Assembly (NCBI RefSeq): GCF_963921235.1 | Contig: NC_086097.1 | Location: forward strand, 21,206,001-21,270,000 | Length of the DNA stretch: 64,000 nucleotides | Direction: 5' to 3' | Origin: Mobula hypostoma | Lineage: Eukaryota | In this document: one piece after another, positions 25,296 to 38,679 of the stretch | Layout of the letters: the number at the start of each line of letters is the position of its first letter | Position numbering within the stretch: position 1 is the stretch's first letter | Notes under the pieces: model-generated | Database searches by the model: none | What the model was told of the DNA's origin: nothing | The model's input: only the letters and a program-made list of their open reading frames with translations | Made by a program: the position numbers and the translations under genes

Positions 25296-28168
25296 GAAGA
25301 ATGGATCCTTGGGCACTTTATCTGAATGCCTGTATTATTTGTAACACGGTCATTGAATTTGTGGCACAAATCAGAATAAAGGGGTATGATTTAGTGGCCA
25401 TTACAGAAATGTGATTGCAGGGTGGAGAGGATTGGGAATTAAATATCCAAGGATATCAGGTAATACGGAAGGATAGGCAGCAAGGTAAAGGAGATGGGGT
25501 AGTGCTCTTAATTAAGGATGGGATCAGGGCGAAAGTGAGAGACGATGCAAGATCTAAGGAGCAGATATTGAATCCATCTGGGTAGAGATTAGAAATAGTA
25601 ACGGGAAAAAAATCACTGGTGTGAGTTGTCTTATCAGCCACCAAATAATAACATTACAGTGGCACAGTAATATCTGAGGCATGTAAGAATGGAACAGCAG
25701 TTATCATAGGGGACTTTAACTTGCACATAGACTGGGTGAATCAAGTTGGTTGAGGTAGTCTTGAGGAGGACTTCATAGAATGCATCTGTGATGGCTTTCT
25801 TGAATAGCATATTGCTGAACCTACAAGGGAACGTGCTATCTTAGATCTAGTCCTGTGCAATGAGACAGGTAAAATTAGTGATCTTGTAGTTAGGGATCCT
25901 CTCAGAAAGAGTGATCACAGTATGATTGAGTTTCTCATACAAATGGAGGGTGCATTAGTTTGATCGAAAACCAGTGTATTATGCATAAACAATGCAGACT
26001 ACAATGGGATGAGGGAGGATTTGGCTAGTGTAGACTGGGAACCCAGGCTATGGTGGGATGGAAGACATTGGAAGATTGAAAGAGATTTTTCATGGTGCTC
26101 AACAAAAGTATATTCCAGTTAAAAGCAAGGACAGTAAGGGTGGGGAGAGCCAGCCTTGGATAACTAAGGAAATAAGGGAAAGCATCAAACTAAAAACTTG
26201 TGTGTACAAAGTCGCCAAAAGTAGTGGGAAACTGGAAGATTGGGAAAACTTTAAGAAGTAACAGAACCACTAAGTGGGCAATAAAGAAAGGGAAGCTAGA
26301 TTACGAAAGTGAACTAGCACAAAATATAAAAACAGTACAATTTTTTATAATTATATAATTTGGAAAAGGGTGGCCAAAGTTAATGTAGGTCCCTTGGAGG
26401 ACGAGGAGGGGCGAATTGATACTGGGTAATGAGGAAATGGTAGAAGCTTTGAAAGACTATTTTGTGTTGGTCTTCATGGTGGAGGACACGTCTAACATGC
26501 CGAAGAGAGATGATATGGATGCGATGGGAGGCGAGGACCCTAATACTATAACTATCACTAAAGAGGTAGTGCTGAGCAAACTTGTGGGCCTGAAGATAGG
26601 TAAGTCCCCTGGTCCTAATGGAATGCATCCTAGGGTACTGAAAGAAATAACAGAAGTTCCAGTAGAGGTTTTGGTGATAATTTACTAAAATTCTCTGGAC
26701 CCTGGGCATCTCCCGTTAGGTTAGAAGATGGCGAATGTCACACCACAGTTCAAAAGGATGTAGGCAAAAGGCAGGTAGCTGTAGGCTAGTTAGTTTAACA
26801 TCTGTAGTTGGGAAAATGCTTGAAGCTATCATTAAAGATTAAATAGCAAGGCATTTGGAACAAAATGGATCCATTAGGCAGATGCAGCATGGATTCAGAA
26901 AAGGCAGGTCCTGTTTGACAAACTTACTAGAGTTCTTTGAGGATATAATAAGCGCAGTGGATAGACGGGATCAAATGGATGTTATTTATTTGGATTTCCA
27001 GAAGGCGTTCAATAAGGTGCTGCATAAAAGACTTATCCGTAAGATAAGGATGCATAGAGTTGGGGGTGATGTATTAGAATGGATAGAGGATTGGTTAGCT
27101 AATAAAAAGCAGAGAATTGGGATACATGGGTGTTACTCTAGTTGACAATCAGTGGTGAGAGGAGTGCGGCAGGAGCTGGTGCTGGGCTTGCAACTGTTCA
27201 CAATATACATTAATGATCTGGAAGAAGAGACAGAGTGTTGTGTATCTAAGTTTGCTGATGACACTAAATTGAGTGGAAAAGCAAATTGTGCAGAAGATAT
27301 GGAGAGTCTGCAGAGAGATAAAGATAGGTTAAATGAGTGGGCAAGGTTCTGGTAGATGGAGTACAATGTTGGTAAATGTGAGGTCATCTACTTTGGAAGG
27401 AAAAATGGAAGATCAGATTACTATTTAAAGGGTAAAAGATTGCAATATGTTGCTGTGCAGAGAGACTTGGGAGTGCTTCTGCATGAATCGCAAAAGGTTG
27501 GTTTGCAAGTGCAGCAGGCTATCAAGAAGGCAAATGGAATGTTGGCTTTCATTGCTGGAGGGATTGAATTTAAGACCAGGAAATTATGCTGCAACTGTAT
27601 AGGGTACTGGTGAGGCTGCATCTTGAGTATTGTATGCAGTTCTGGACTCCTTATTTGAGGAAGGATATACTGGCCTTGGGGGTGGTGCAGAGGAGGTTCA
27701 CCAGGTTGATTCCAGAGATGAGGAGAGATTGAGTTGCCTGGGGCTGTACTCGCTGGAATTCAGAAGAATGAGAGAAGATCTTAAAGAACTGTATAAAATC
27801 ATGAAAGGAATAGATCAGATAGAGGCAGGAAAGTTGTTTCCACTGGTGGGTGAGACTAGAACTAGGAGACATAGCCTCAAGATTCGGGGGAGTAAATTTA
27901 GTATGAAGATGAGGAGGAACTCTTTTTCCCAAAGAGTGGTGAATCTGTGGAATTCCCTGCCTAATGAAGCAGTGGAGGCTACCTCAGTAAATATATTTAA
28001 GGCAAGGTTGGTTAGATTGTTGCATAGTAGGGGAATTAAGGGTTATGGGGAAAAGGCAGGTAGATGGAGATGAGTCTGTGGTTAGATCAGCCATGATTTT
28101 ATTGAATGGTGGAGCAGGCTTGACGGGCCAGATGGCCTACTCCTGCTCCTATTTCTTATATTCTTATC
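25296..28168 (+). mobile_element. CR1 LINE, near-complete but degenerate ORF2
   Basis: ORF fragments from ALYLNA...YDLVAITE through QHGFRKGRSCLTNLLEFFE, LDFQKAF and KFADDTKL to the 3' UTR with a cttat-type tail. Confidence 0.92.
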
Positions 28169-28619
28169 CAAAACTACAATTTTAAACATTTATGAGGATA
28201 CAAAAACTAGCTTAAGTTACCTAAATTAAATAGTATCATATTTGAAGAAAATGTATAATTGCACAGAATGAAAGAGGATAAAATTGCAAAGGATGACTAA
28301 AAAGACAAAAAAAAATGAGTTGAAGCTAGTGTTAAATGTAAAAAAAATAATTTGATAGATATTTGAAAGGGAAAGGAGTTAACAAAGTGAGGGGTGGTCC
28401 TCTAGTGAGTCTGGGGATTAATAATGGGGAAATGACGTAGCAGATGAATTAAAAAGATATTTTGCAATAGTGTTCACCAGAAAGGATTCCCAAAAGTTAA
28501 AATAAGTCAGGAATTGGAAAAGAGTGAGAAAATTATTCTTAGAAATACGTTGCTGAGTTGGAGCTTCAAGTGGTTCTGGTGGACTTCATCCTGGAGCCAC
28601 AAAGAAGTAGTGAAAAAGT

Positions 28620-28742
28620 AACACACATAAAAATTGCTGGTGAACGCAGCAGGCCAGGCAGCATCTATAGGAAGAGGTACAGTCGACGTTTCTGACCAAG
28701 ACCTTTCATCAGGACTAATTAAAAGAAGAGATAGTAAGAGAT
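28620..28742 (-). mobile_element. Penelope-like terminus with hammerhead motif (28681-28717)
   Basis: Near-identical to the reverse complement of 24950-25058; agtc-CTGATGA...GAAA-cg-TC-gact with weakened stem II. Confidence 0.8.
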
Positions 28743-29086
28743 CTCAGTCCATTCAGAAATCGAGTGGCAGAGGGGAAGAAGTTATTCATGAATCATTGTG
28801 TGTGTGCCTTCAGACTTCTGTACCTTCTCCCTGATGGTAACAGTGAGAAGAGGGCATGACCTGGGTGAAGGATACCACCTTTTTCTGGCATTGCTCCTTG
28901 AAGATGTTCTGACTATTGGGGACGCTAGTCTCCGTGATGGAGCTGGCTGAGTTAACAACTTATTGAATTGGTTAGATTAGAAAATACAAATGTTTTGCTC
29001 CTTCATTCAAACAAGGAATGAGTTGGGGAACTGGAAACTATAGGCCACTTAGCCTAATTATGTCATTGGAAAAATATTGAAAAGCC

Positions 29087-29610
29087 GATAGATAGAAATT
29101 ACGGTGTCACAGTTGCATTATAAGTGCACAGATATACAAATATTAGACAAGAAGTAAGAAAGAATTTAAAAAATCGGTTACCTCAAACAGTCTAACAGGA
29201 GGGGGGTCATCATTTCCCCCAGCTACAGGTTGACTAGTGGCCGAGGGTAAGAATGACCTAATGCTCTCTTTGGAGCAGCACATTTGTCTTAGTCTATTAC
29301 TGAAAATGCTCCTTTGTTCAGCCAAGGTGGCATGCAGAGTGAGAAACATTGTCCAGAATTGCCAAGATTTTCCATAGAGTCCTTTGTTCTACCACAGCCT
29401 CCAGTGTGTTCGGTTGGACTCCTATAACAGAGCCAGCCTTTCTGCTGAGCTTGTTGGCATCACGTGTGTTGATGCCATTGCCTCAGCACACCACTGCATA
29501 AAAGACTGTACTGGTGTCAACAGACTGGTAGAACATGTGAAGGAGGGGCCTGCATACTTCAAAGGGCCTCAGTCTCCTCAGGAAGCAGAGGTGATTCTGG
29601 CCCTTCTTGT
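29087..29610 (-). mobile_element. Rex1-like LINE 3' fragment
   Basis: ORF 29143-29349 (IFSNRLRQMCCSKESIRSFLPSA); its 3' UTR matches 18822-18950 in the opposite orientation. Confidence 0.6.
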
Positions 29611-30867
29611 ACATATTATTAAAGATGTGTTTAAAAAAAAAAGGTAATCGGGAAACTTTAGGAAATCATGTTGTCCTGTTTATTTGATTTTTGGAAGTAG
29701 GAAAGTATTGCAGATAGTGTAATCCCTTTCCAGCACCAGTAATCACTGGTTAGGGTTTTATTCCTGCTGCAGCCTGTGAGGAGGTTGTCTGCTCTCTGTG
29801 ACCATGTGGATTTGCTCCAGTTTATTCACATTCCAAAGGTGTACGGTTAACAGTAGCAAGCTATGGGCATAGTATGTGAGCACCAGAAGTATGGTGACAT
29901 TTGCGTGCTGCCCCAGCACATTCTCAATAATTTGAGTTGATGCAAAACAATACATTATGTGTTTCAATGTATGTGTGGCAAATAAAACTAACCTTTTTTT
30001 TTTAGTAATTGATGGATGAATTGTTCTTCGATTTCTGGTCTTTTGCCAAGGTGCTTTCTCAGTTTGTTGCACAAAGTAGAGGAAGTAAAATATAGACACT
30101 GATAGAGATTGGCTTGTAAACAAATTAGGCTAAAATGGAGGGGAATGAACAGTCAACTTTTCGGACCAAGATCCTTCATCAGGAACAGGAAAGGAAGGAG
30201 GCGGTATCCAGAATAAGAAGGTGGGGAGAGGGGAATGAGTACAAGCTGATAGGTGAAGATGTCATCTAATAGTTCCCTCCTTCAGCGATTTATGTCTTTC
30301 ACCTATCCCCTCCTGGCTTTTTGCCTCAACCCTTCTGTGTGAAGAAGCTTGATAAGTAAATTGAAGGGATTAGACCCCTTGGAATATATCGAAGCCTGTT
30401 TTCTTGTAATTTCAAATTTTAGTCATTTCTTCATTCGCAATTCAACCAACTATCCAATGTTACTCACTAACACTGCATGTTTTTTCCCTCCAACTGGCAT
30501 CACCACCAACATTGTTACTCACCTCCTGCAGGTCTCCACAGGCTTAAAACTTCAAGCTAACTTCATTTATGTATTTCCCTTTTTTTGATAAAAGGTCCTT
30601 GGCCTGGGATGTTAATTCTAATCTCTCTCCATAAATGCTGCCTGACCAGTGAAGTATTTCCACTGATCTGTTATTCCAGATTTCCAACAGCTGTGCTGTA
30701 TTTCTTTTGGATTTGAAAACAAAATGCTGAAAGAACTCACATCAGGTGGCATCTGAGAGAAAAATATTTGTTACAATTCCAGAGGCAGAGACGGACATGA
30801 ATTCAAATATTTGCAGAAATAGCAGTAAATTGATTTGTAATGCTCATTGACCAAATTCATATTACAG

Positions 30868-30975
30868 GACAAGGAAACTGGATTTCACAAAGGATTTTGT
30901 TGGGTCAGCTTCACTACAGAAGAAGGACTTCAGAATGTGCTGCAGACAGAAGTACATAATATTGAAGGTGCAAAG
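30868..30975 (+). CDS. SLIRP: SLIRP exon 3
   Basis: attacag| [36 protein letters not shown] |gtaatt; RNP1-like KGFCWVSF; 108 nt. Confidence 0.95.
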
Positions 30976-31923
30976 GTAATTTTAAAATGCTGTTTTCTTT
31001 TATTCAAAGTATGAGGAAATAATTTGATGTTCATGAAACTCTCCTGATGAAGAGAGCCACTTCAAAACAAATGTCTTCAGTTTGTAGCTGCTGTCTGCAT
31101 CAACTGTGGTGCGTGTGGGATAATTTGCAGTAAAGCTAGCATTAAGAAACCATAGGGTATGTAGGAATGGAGTACTAAGTAGTCTTGATATTTTTAAGGA
31201 GGGATATAGAATATAGCTTCTTGGGTTCTGTAGGACTAAGATTTTCTAGACTATTCAAATGACTCTTAGTATCAAACTAAGTTAATTAAAAAGTTAGTTG
31301 GGATTTTCTATTGAACTGTGTTTATGGGAACATGTGAATAAGACTCTGGTGAATCATCAGGATTTCCTGAAAAATTAGATAATCTGTTTGGTTGCATTTG
31401 CATTTTAAACAGATTGTGTGAAAAAGGGAAAACTGAGGTTTTGGAACTAGGCTTAAACTTCTTGATGAGACTGATATCGTCGAAGGCCAACATCTTTGAA
31501 CTATGAAGGAGGAGAGGGAAGAACTGGTGTTGGAGACTGGTTGTATGGTGGCAGAGTAGGTTCAAGGGCAATTGATGGTTTACCTCTTGAAAATCATGGG
31601 CATGGAAGTGCCATTGGTTTTTATTAAATTTTCCTAAATAACCACCTCAGAAAATAAATCCACAAAAGGCAAAAGAAAATTTGTTTTATTTTAAAAAAGA
31701 ACAGAAATGGGTTACCAATAGTAACATCACCAGACCTATATTACAAAGGCAAAGTTTAGCCAAGATCCTCAATGCCATTTGCTGCATTTAGCCAACTACC
31801 TGGCTACTCTTCTGTTTTAATATTATAGTTTACAGCAACACTCTTCCATGGGGATAATGTTGGTATTACACTAAAGCAAAAATAGAAATTGAATAACTCA
31901 TTAAAAATTTATTCTCTTCACAG

Positions 31924-31995
31924 CTTCAAGTTCAGAGGAACAGAAAATTATTCCAAAGACAAAGAGCCAAGAAAATTACCGAATCAGCAAGTTGA
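31924..31995 (+). CDS. SLIRP: SLIRP exon 4 coding part
   Basis: ctcttcacag| LQVQRNRKLFQRQRAKKITESAS*; completes the RRM; spliced CDS is 309 nt = 102 aa. Confidence 0.85.
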   Translation, partial: LQVQRNRKLFQRQRAKKITESAS

Positions 31996-32044
31996 TACCG
32001 ATATGGAGGGTGTAGTTCAATTTGTTTTTGTCTTAAAGTTGATG

Positions 32045-32050
32045 AATAAA
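32045..32050 (+). terminator. Candidate SLIRP polyadenylation signal AATAAA
   Basis: AATAAA 49 nt after the stop codon, followed by U-rich sequence. Confidence 0.65.
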
Positions 32051-32293
32051 CAGTTGTAATGTTTAAAATCTCCCTTTTGCATTTTCTTGCGTGCTTACAT
32101 TAGCATTTTTAATTAGAAAAATAGATTGAATTTTACTTTACAGGAACATCACTGTAAAGGAAATTCACACAAGGAAATTGTTTCCAGATTGTGTTGTAGC
32201 CATGATATACAGCAAGTCCATGCAGAAACAAATGCTAGGGACATTGGTTTGAACTAAATTTTGTTGAAACATAATGGTATTATAAAAGTTCAT

Positions 32294-32495
32294 CTATTCC
32301 TTTCTTCGCTTCTTTCCCTCATGTTCGTATTCTTTTGAACGGCCACTTTCAGGTCTCTTTGAACCACCATGTTGCTTGGCTTCCTCCAAGAACTTATCCA
32401 GCCCGAAGGGATCTTCTTCATCCCTCTCAAACTGAACAGGGCCTTCACGACGCTGTTTGCGGTCTGTACCAGAAAATTCCCTGTCAGGGACAAAC
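32294..32495 (-). CDS. SNW1: SNW1 exon 14 coding part
   Basis: FVPDREFSGTDRKQRREGPVQFERDEEDPFGLDKFLEEAKQHGGSKRPESGRSKEYEHEGKKRRKE*; acceptor ttttag. Confidence 0.97.
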
Positions 32496-32917
32496 CTAAA
32501 AAAGAAAATGACAATTAATTTATATTTTGTGGGATAATTCTCAAAACTAGTTGTGCACAAGTGATTCAATCAATGTAAGCAAATGGTATTGAAGAAAACA
32601 TTAGAGTTGAAACTTTATTTCCATTGAGAAGCTACATCTACACAAGAGGCTTCTGCCAAGCTTACTCATGCCAAGATCTACAGTAAAATGAGTTAATTAT
32701 ACAAATGTTTTAGAATTTTTTTTTACTGTCTAAACCTTAATTGTTCTTAAGGCACATTTCCAAAGCAACAAATTGTATTGCACAAGAGCAGTGACACCAA
32801 TCCTCTCAAAAGAGAAACCATAGTTAGTAGTTATTCTCATGAAAGATCGATGATTTGAAACGTTAACTTTCTTTGGACAGCTATTAATTTGTTGAGGATT
32901 ATGTTGCCGTTTTAGAG

Positions 32918-33400
32918 AATTCTAGTTAGGCTGCATCTGGAGTATTGCATACAATTCTGGTTGCTCCATTATAGGAAGGATAGAGGCTTTGGAGAAGGTG
33001 CAGAAGAGGTTTACCAGGATGCTACCTGGATTAAAGGGTATGATCTATAATGAGAGGTTGGGCAAACTTGGGTTGTTTCCTCTGGAGTGGCGGATCTGAT
33101 ACAGTAGGCAAGTAATATATTTTTCCCAGGGTTGAAATGTCTAATACCAGAGGCATACATTTAAAGTGAGAGGGGGTAATTTCAAAGGAGAAGCGAGAAG
33201 CAAGTGTTTTTATACAGAGTGTTGAGTGCCTGGTATGGTAAATACATTAGGGACTTTTAAGAGGCATTTAGGTAGGCACATATGTGAGGAGAATGGAAGG
33301 ATATGGACATTGTACAGGCAGAAGAGATTAGTTGGCAATCTGATTACTAATTTGATTGATTTGGCACATGGGCTGAAGGGCAAGTTCCTGTGCTGTTTTA
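32918..33400 (+). mobile_element. CR1 3' fragment
   Basis: Nucleotide similarity to 2630-3140. Confidence 0.75.
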
Positions 33401-33665
33401 TAGGAGCATCCTGGGGAGAGACTTAGGGAGAATTTAGAGGCTTACTATCTAACAGTTGAAGCCACAACTGAAGATTAAAAGCTGAATGCCCAAGAATTAG
33501 AAGAACATATATTACAACATCTTGAAGGAAGATACACTCTCAGCCTAGTTTTGGATGATTTAAAATTTACTTTGCAGAATGAAGGAGTATTTATAACAGA
33601 CAAGTCAACAGGTTTAAAAAAAAATGAGGTAAAGGCAAAAAAGAATGCTACTGTGAGTTACTTAC

Positions 33666-33829
33666 CGGTTGTTTTTCATAAATGTGTCCAAATCATCACC
33701 ATAGGTGTCTTTATCAGCATTTTTGGTAGGTCTGTACACACTTTGTGCCATGTCTTTGCCAGCTCTCCATGGCTGGTCATAAACATTGTAAAGTTCGTCC
33801 TCTCCACCTGCAAAGCCACTGTCCATGCC
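33666..33829 (-). CDS. SNW1: SNW1 exon 13
   Basis: GMDSGFAGGEDELYNVYDQPW...FMKNN(R); 164 nt; AG/GT bounded. Confidence 0.97.
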
Positions 33830-34798
33830 CTGCAAAAACATCAGCTGCATCATTACTGCTCATCAATGGTTTAAACCAGAGAATCCAGTTGCTCCTAGCG
33901 AGATTAAAACTAGAAGTCATGGGTTAAGGGTGAAACATGCAGGGGAACTTTTCTCAGAGGGTGGTGAGTGTTGAACGAGCTGCCAGCAGAAGCATATTCA
34001 ATTTCAAAATTTATGTGAGGTCTGGATAGGTACATGGAGTACTATGGATTGGGTGCAGGTTAATGACACTGGGAAGGTTAATAGTTTGATTTGGACTAGA
34101 TGGGCCAAACAGCCTGTTTCTGGGCTATGACTCAATTTTCAAGTTTCTTTTAAATTAAAAATACGAGGTTCACTCAATTTACTTTCCACGGGATGCAGAT
34201 AGGAACTGCTTTAAGCATCTTAATTTTGAGATCCAGTCCCATACTGCAGCCCCAAAAAAATAAAAGCTTAACAGGTTTATAAATGGGTCATTTAGCCCTC
34301 AACAGAAAACAATTTTATCACTGAAAGCTCTACGTAGATTCATCTATGATATGAGGCTTCTGAAGTATTTTGCTCAGTATTTTTCTAATGAGAAAAAAAC
34401 TTTCATAATCTGGTTCGAATCACAAGTATGTGAGGTCCTTTTGCTGGGGTTAATGAGTAATTTGAGGTGGCATATCAAGATCATTAATATCTTGCCACAT
34501 TGTATAAAGTGTGACTATTTTGCTCCCCATAGGCTGGGTGGCAATATTATTTGGTTTTTGCTTTCCCTGTTCATTATAGAGAAATGACCTTTTCAGCAGA
34601 TTTGTTGAATTGTGATCTATATTTTCCAGATGGAATACCTGGATTGTACATACAGCACATTATAGTGGTTTAATAATGTTAAGTAAGATTTGGGAAAGCA
34701 AATACCAGTGACAGCTAGTTTTATTTTTTTAAGGAATGAGGAAAACTATTGCATAAATCAAGCTATGTAACTTCTTTGCATTGACCACATTATTTTAC

Positions 34799-34916
34799 CT
34801 TGTTCTGGTTGAAGAGTCTTTGGTCATAGGCTAGTTCAGATGATACATGTTGATGTGGTACACCCAGTGCAATCAGCTCACTGATATCTCGATCCTGATC
34901 CTTCTGCTGTTTGAAC
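34799..34916 (-). CDS. SNW1: SNW1 exon 12
   Basis: FKQQKDQDRDISELIALGVPHQHVSSELAYDQRLFNQNK; 118 nt. Confidence 0.95.
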
Positions 34917-35634
34917 CTGGTATTCAAGCAAGTTTTAATTACTTATATGTTGAATTCACCAGGCACCATGTGCAGAAATTCAAGTTATAGACCAGAGTCT
35001 ATTTAAACAAGTATTGTTCACAATTCAAAACTATTTCATTAGGTGGAAAGAACTTTGGGATATAATGAAGATGTGTAAGATACTGACCACCCATCAAGTC
35101 CCTGCCAGCTCTTGATAGATAAAGTCTCATTCCCCTAATTTTCCACAGGCTTGCAAATTGTTCACTCTCACCTGCCCATCTAATTCTTACTATACCAGAT
35201 TTCCAGATTACTATAGCAGAGTTCCAGAGTTCCAGATTACTGAAAAATACTGAAAATTAAAATGTAACATTATCAGTTGGCTTAAAAGAAACATGTTCAT
35301 CTCTCAGATTTTACTGATGACATACAGTAGCTTAGAGACAGCACTACCCCTTAGAGTTAAATGTTTATTTGTTCAAAGCCAAACAAGAGACTGGCAAAAA
35401 AGCACACTTTTTTGAGGGAATATTATTTAATGTTTCATCTCAATAGAGATTATGTGCCTCTCAACAAGTAAAACATCTCACATCTGTATTCAGGGATTGG
35501 CCATTATTTCCTTGTGCAGGTATCTGTGGCTCAGTATTATCTCCAAACCAGAAGGTTTGGCTGGCAATCCAGGCCTATTCAGAATGCTGCATTGTTGCAA
35601 GTGCCATTCTGAAGGTGAAATGAAATGAAGGTGG

Positions 35635-35895
35635 GCGCCACTATAGCATAGTGGTTAGAGCGACGGTATTACAGCTTGTGGCATCAAGAGATTAGAGTTC
35701 AATTCTGACATCATCTGTAAGGAGTCTGCATGTACTTCCCACGATCACGTGGGTTTCCTCTGGGTACTGTTCCTCCTACAGTCCAAAGATTAGTAAGTTA
35801 ATTAGTCATTGTAAATTGTCCTGTGATTAGGCTTGGTTAAATTGGTGGGTTGATGTTGGCGTGGCTGAGGGTCTATTTTGTTCTGTAACTAAATA
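35635..35895 (+). mobile_element. tRNA-derived V-SINE-like element
   Basis: Head tagcatagtggttag...gagttcaattc; core gtgggtttcctctgggtact...cagtccaaaga. Similar copies at ~7420-7650, 29700-30000, 43945-44235, 45940-46225 and 59265-59495. Confidence 0.65.
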
Positions 35896-36244
35896 ATTTC
35901 AAAGGAAGCTCCCACATACAGCGATGTGATAAATTGTTTCAGTGAGTTTCATCAGGCTGATGACCTGACTCACCTCAGCCCTTGCTGCTTGGCATGTATG
36001 TAGTTCTGTGTTAACATACCCTCAGTAGGCTCACACTTGCAACAATACACTGAGCAATATTCATCCTCTAGTCAAAATTGCTAAACTCGAATTTCTGGTC
36101 ATAGTGCTATTTGTGGGTGTTTATGGCGTGCACCTGGAAATTTTACTTCATGGTTCTAGAGCATTTTAGACTCTACTGAAGCTGTACATGAAATGAATGC
36201 ACTGTATTGTTTCTTAACTACCAACATCATACTTTCTGCAATGT

Positions 36245-36350
36245 TAGAAATCAGGAAAATGCGAAATGCAGGAGGAACTCAGCAGGTCAGGCAGCATCTA
36301 TACAGGGATAAAAAGCCAACATTTCGAGCTGAACCCTTCATCAGGACCAA
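36245..36350 (-). mobile_element. Penelope-like terminus with hammerhead-like motif (36315-36348)
   Basis: Minus strand ggtc-CTGATGA-a-gggt-tca-gctc-GAAA-tg-TT-ggc. Confidence 0.7.
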
Positions 36351-38582
36351 TTTAATACTTTTTTTTAAGTTTTTTTAAGGACAGACTGCTCCTTTCCAAA
36401 CAGAATCAAATTACTGGTGACCTCACGATGAAAGAAAGCTTTTGATTTAAGTCGGAGATAATTAGGTCTAAGTCACTGCCATGGGGAACTTTTTGCAGAG
36501 ATGTGCTGGGACTGGACTGATCAGCTTTCAACAACCACAAGCTATTTCAGATAGATGCCAGTATTGTTTCTGTACTGGAACAGCTTAGCTCGAGTTAGTT
36601 CCTCAGTGCAAGTCTCCTCTACTATTACTAGGATGTGCCTGGTTCCATGGCATTTGTTGTACCCAGTGTTCTGTGTTGCTTCTTGATACAATGTAGAAGC
36701 AATCAGACTTGCTGTAGACTGCCTTCCATTATTGCAGACCCAGGCCAGAAGGCAAGACTGACCGTTTATTTTGGGCAGCACAGTAGCAGAACTAAGAGGG
36801 GTTATCTCAGTGATTGTGATCTGGGTTTAAACCTGACCTTGGGTGCTATGTGGAGTTTGCACGTTATCCTTGGGACCATGAGAATTTCCTCTAGATGTGT
36901 TGATTGGTAGTCAATTGACTAATGCGTAGCTGAGTGATAGAATCTGAGGGAGTTGATAAGATTAATATAGGATTGGTGCAAATGGGCAGTTGTCAGCACC
37001 GTCTCAGTGGTTTGAAGTGCCTTTCCTGTTTGACTATTTGGAACTTCCAGATAAATGTGGTTGTGTCTTCTTCAGCACTCACTGGAGAATATTGTTGAAG
37101 CTTCCTATTCCAGTTAGCCATTTTAAATTTTCCACCAGCAATAATTATGTGACAGGGCTGCAGAGGATTGATCTGATCCATCAGTTGCTTATCCATTTCT
37201 GTTGGCATGGTATTTTTGTTATTTAGCATGCATGTAGTCCTGATTTGTGGCTTCAGTGTTGAGGGCAACTTGTTTAGCACCTGATTAAAACTAGTTAAAA
37301 CTAGTTAAGACTTGTCCGACTGCACCTCAGTGAAACTATATTGATATCCTGGCTTGACGGTAGTGTTAGATGGAGGGAAAGGTTAAGTAACACAATTACT
37401 GCTGATGGCCCAAAATGCCCCACAGATGCCATTGAGCCGGTAGACAGTTTCCAAATCTACCCTACGTAGTACAATTATAATGCTACACAACACAATTAAT
37501 ATTACTATGTAGTCATTACTTCTACTGAAAGCTATTATGGACAGAAACATTTGCCACTGGATCGTCTGGCAACACAAACAAGGTCAGAAAGGTTTATACC
37601 TTAAATGAATTCACTCACTACCTGCCACAGACCGACTCTAGCAGATCCATGCTTCAGCGTTCAGCCAACTCAGCCAGCATGGATACTAAGCCACCTTTGG
37701 GATGATCATTGAAGTACTTTAGCCAGAGTACATTTGGTTCTCCTGGTATTTCCATATGTTCTTCCAAATGGAGAAGCACCAACTCATCAACCAAGGACAG
37801 ACACTGAGTGATCATTGAGTTTCCTTGACCATATTTGACTTAGTGCCATGGGACCTCATGGGCTCTGAGGCTAATAGTGGGGATCACCACGGCTACTCCT
37901 TCCTGCCCGGATATCACTGTGCTGTCACTGCTGCCTGGATAGGATGTACCAAGGGATTGTGATGGCAGAGCCTGGCACTTGCCTTAGGGCATGTGATTCA
38001 ATGTTTACAACCTCTGCCCGACCAGACTGTGGGACTGCTTGCCAATTTAGACTCCACTCCCCAAATGTCTGTGAAGTCAACTGGCTGCAAGCTACTTTAC
38101 TGCATCCGAATTTGATACTAGCACTGACACCAGGTGGTGTGTCTGGATTTATTCTGCCTCTACCTGTGGTAATGGCACCACCAAATGATTTGTTGGGCCT
38201 TTTCAGAGGGCAAGTGCCAAGCTGAGTAACAATGCCAGATCAGACAGGAATAGTAGATTTCTTCTAAAGGAGGTAAGTTTTTAATGACGATCCAGTACAT
38301 TTATGGCAATCAATAATTAATAACTGATTTTAAATACCATTGCTATCAGGGCAATGTTTTATTTGGGCCTTTGGATTGCTAGTCCAATAACTTTACAACT
38401 GCATCATCACCATAAAAAGTAACACTAAACTTTTTTTCCCCCAAGAAAAGCTGATTAATTCTAGGCTGTAAGCCAAAGGAATTTTGAGATGAGGATTTTT
38501 GCATGCTACTCTACACAGCACAGACCAAGGCACTAAGCCACTTATAAATATGATTTTCTCATAGGTTCATGTCGTAACATAC

Positions 38583-38679
38583 CTCCTATCTGGAGCTGCA
38601 CGGGCAAGATTACGATCATGTTGTCGGTCTTTTCGTCTTTCGTGTCGAATTTCATCCCTTTCTCTTGTTTCATTTTCCT
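38583..38679 (-). CDS. SNW1: SNW1 exon 11
   Basis: (E)ENETRERDEIRHERRKDRQHDRNLARAAPDR(R); 97 nt. Confidence 0.95.
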
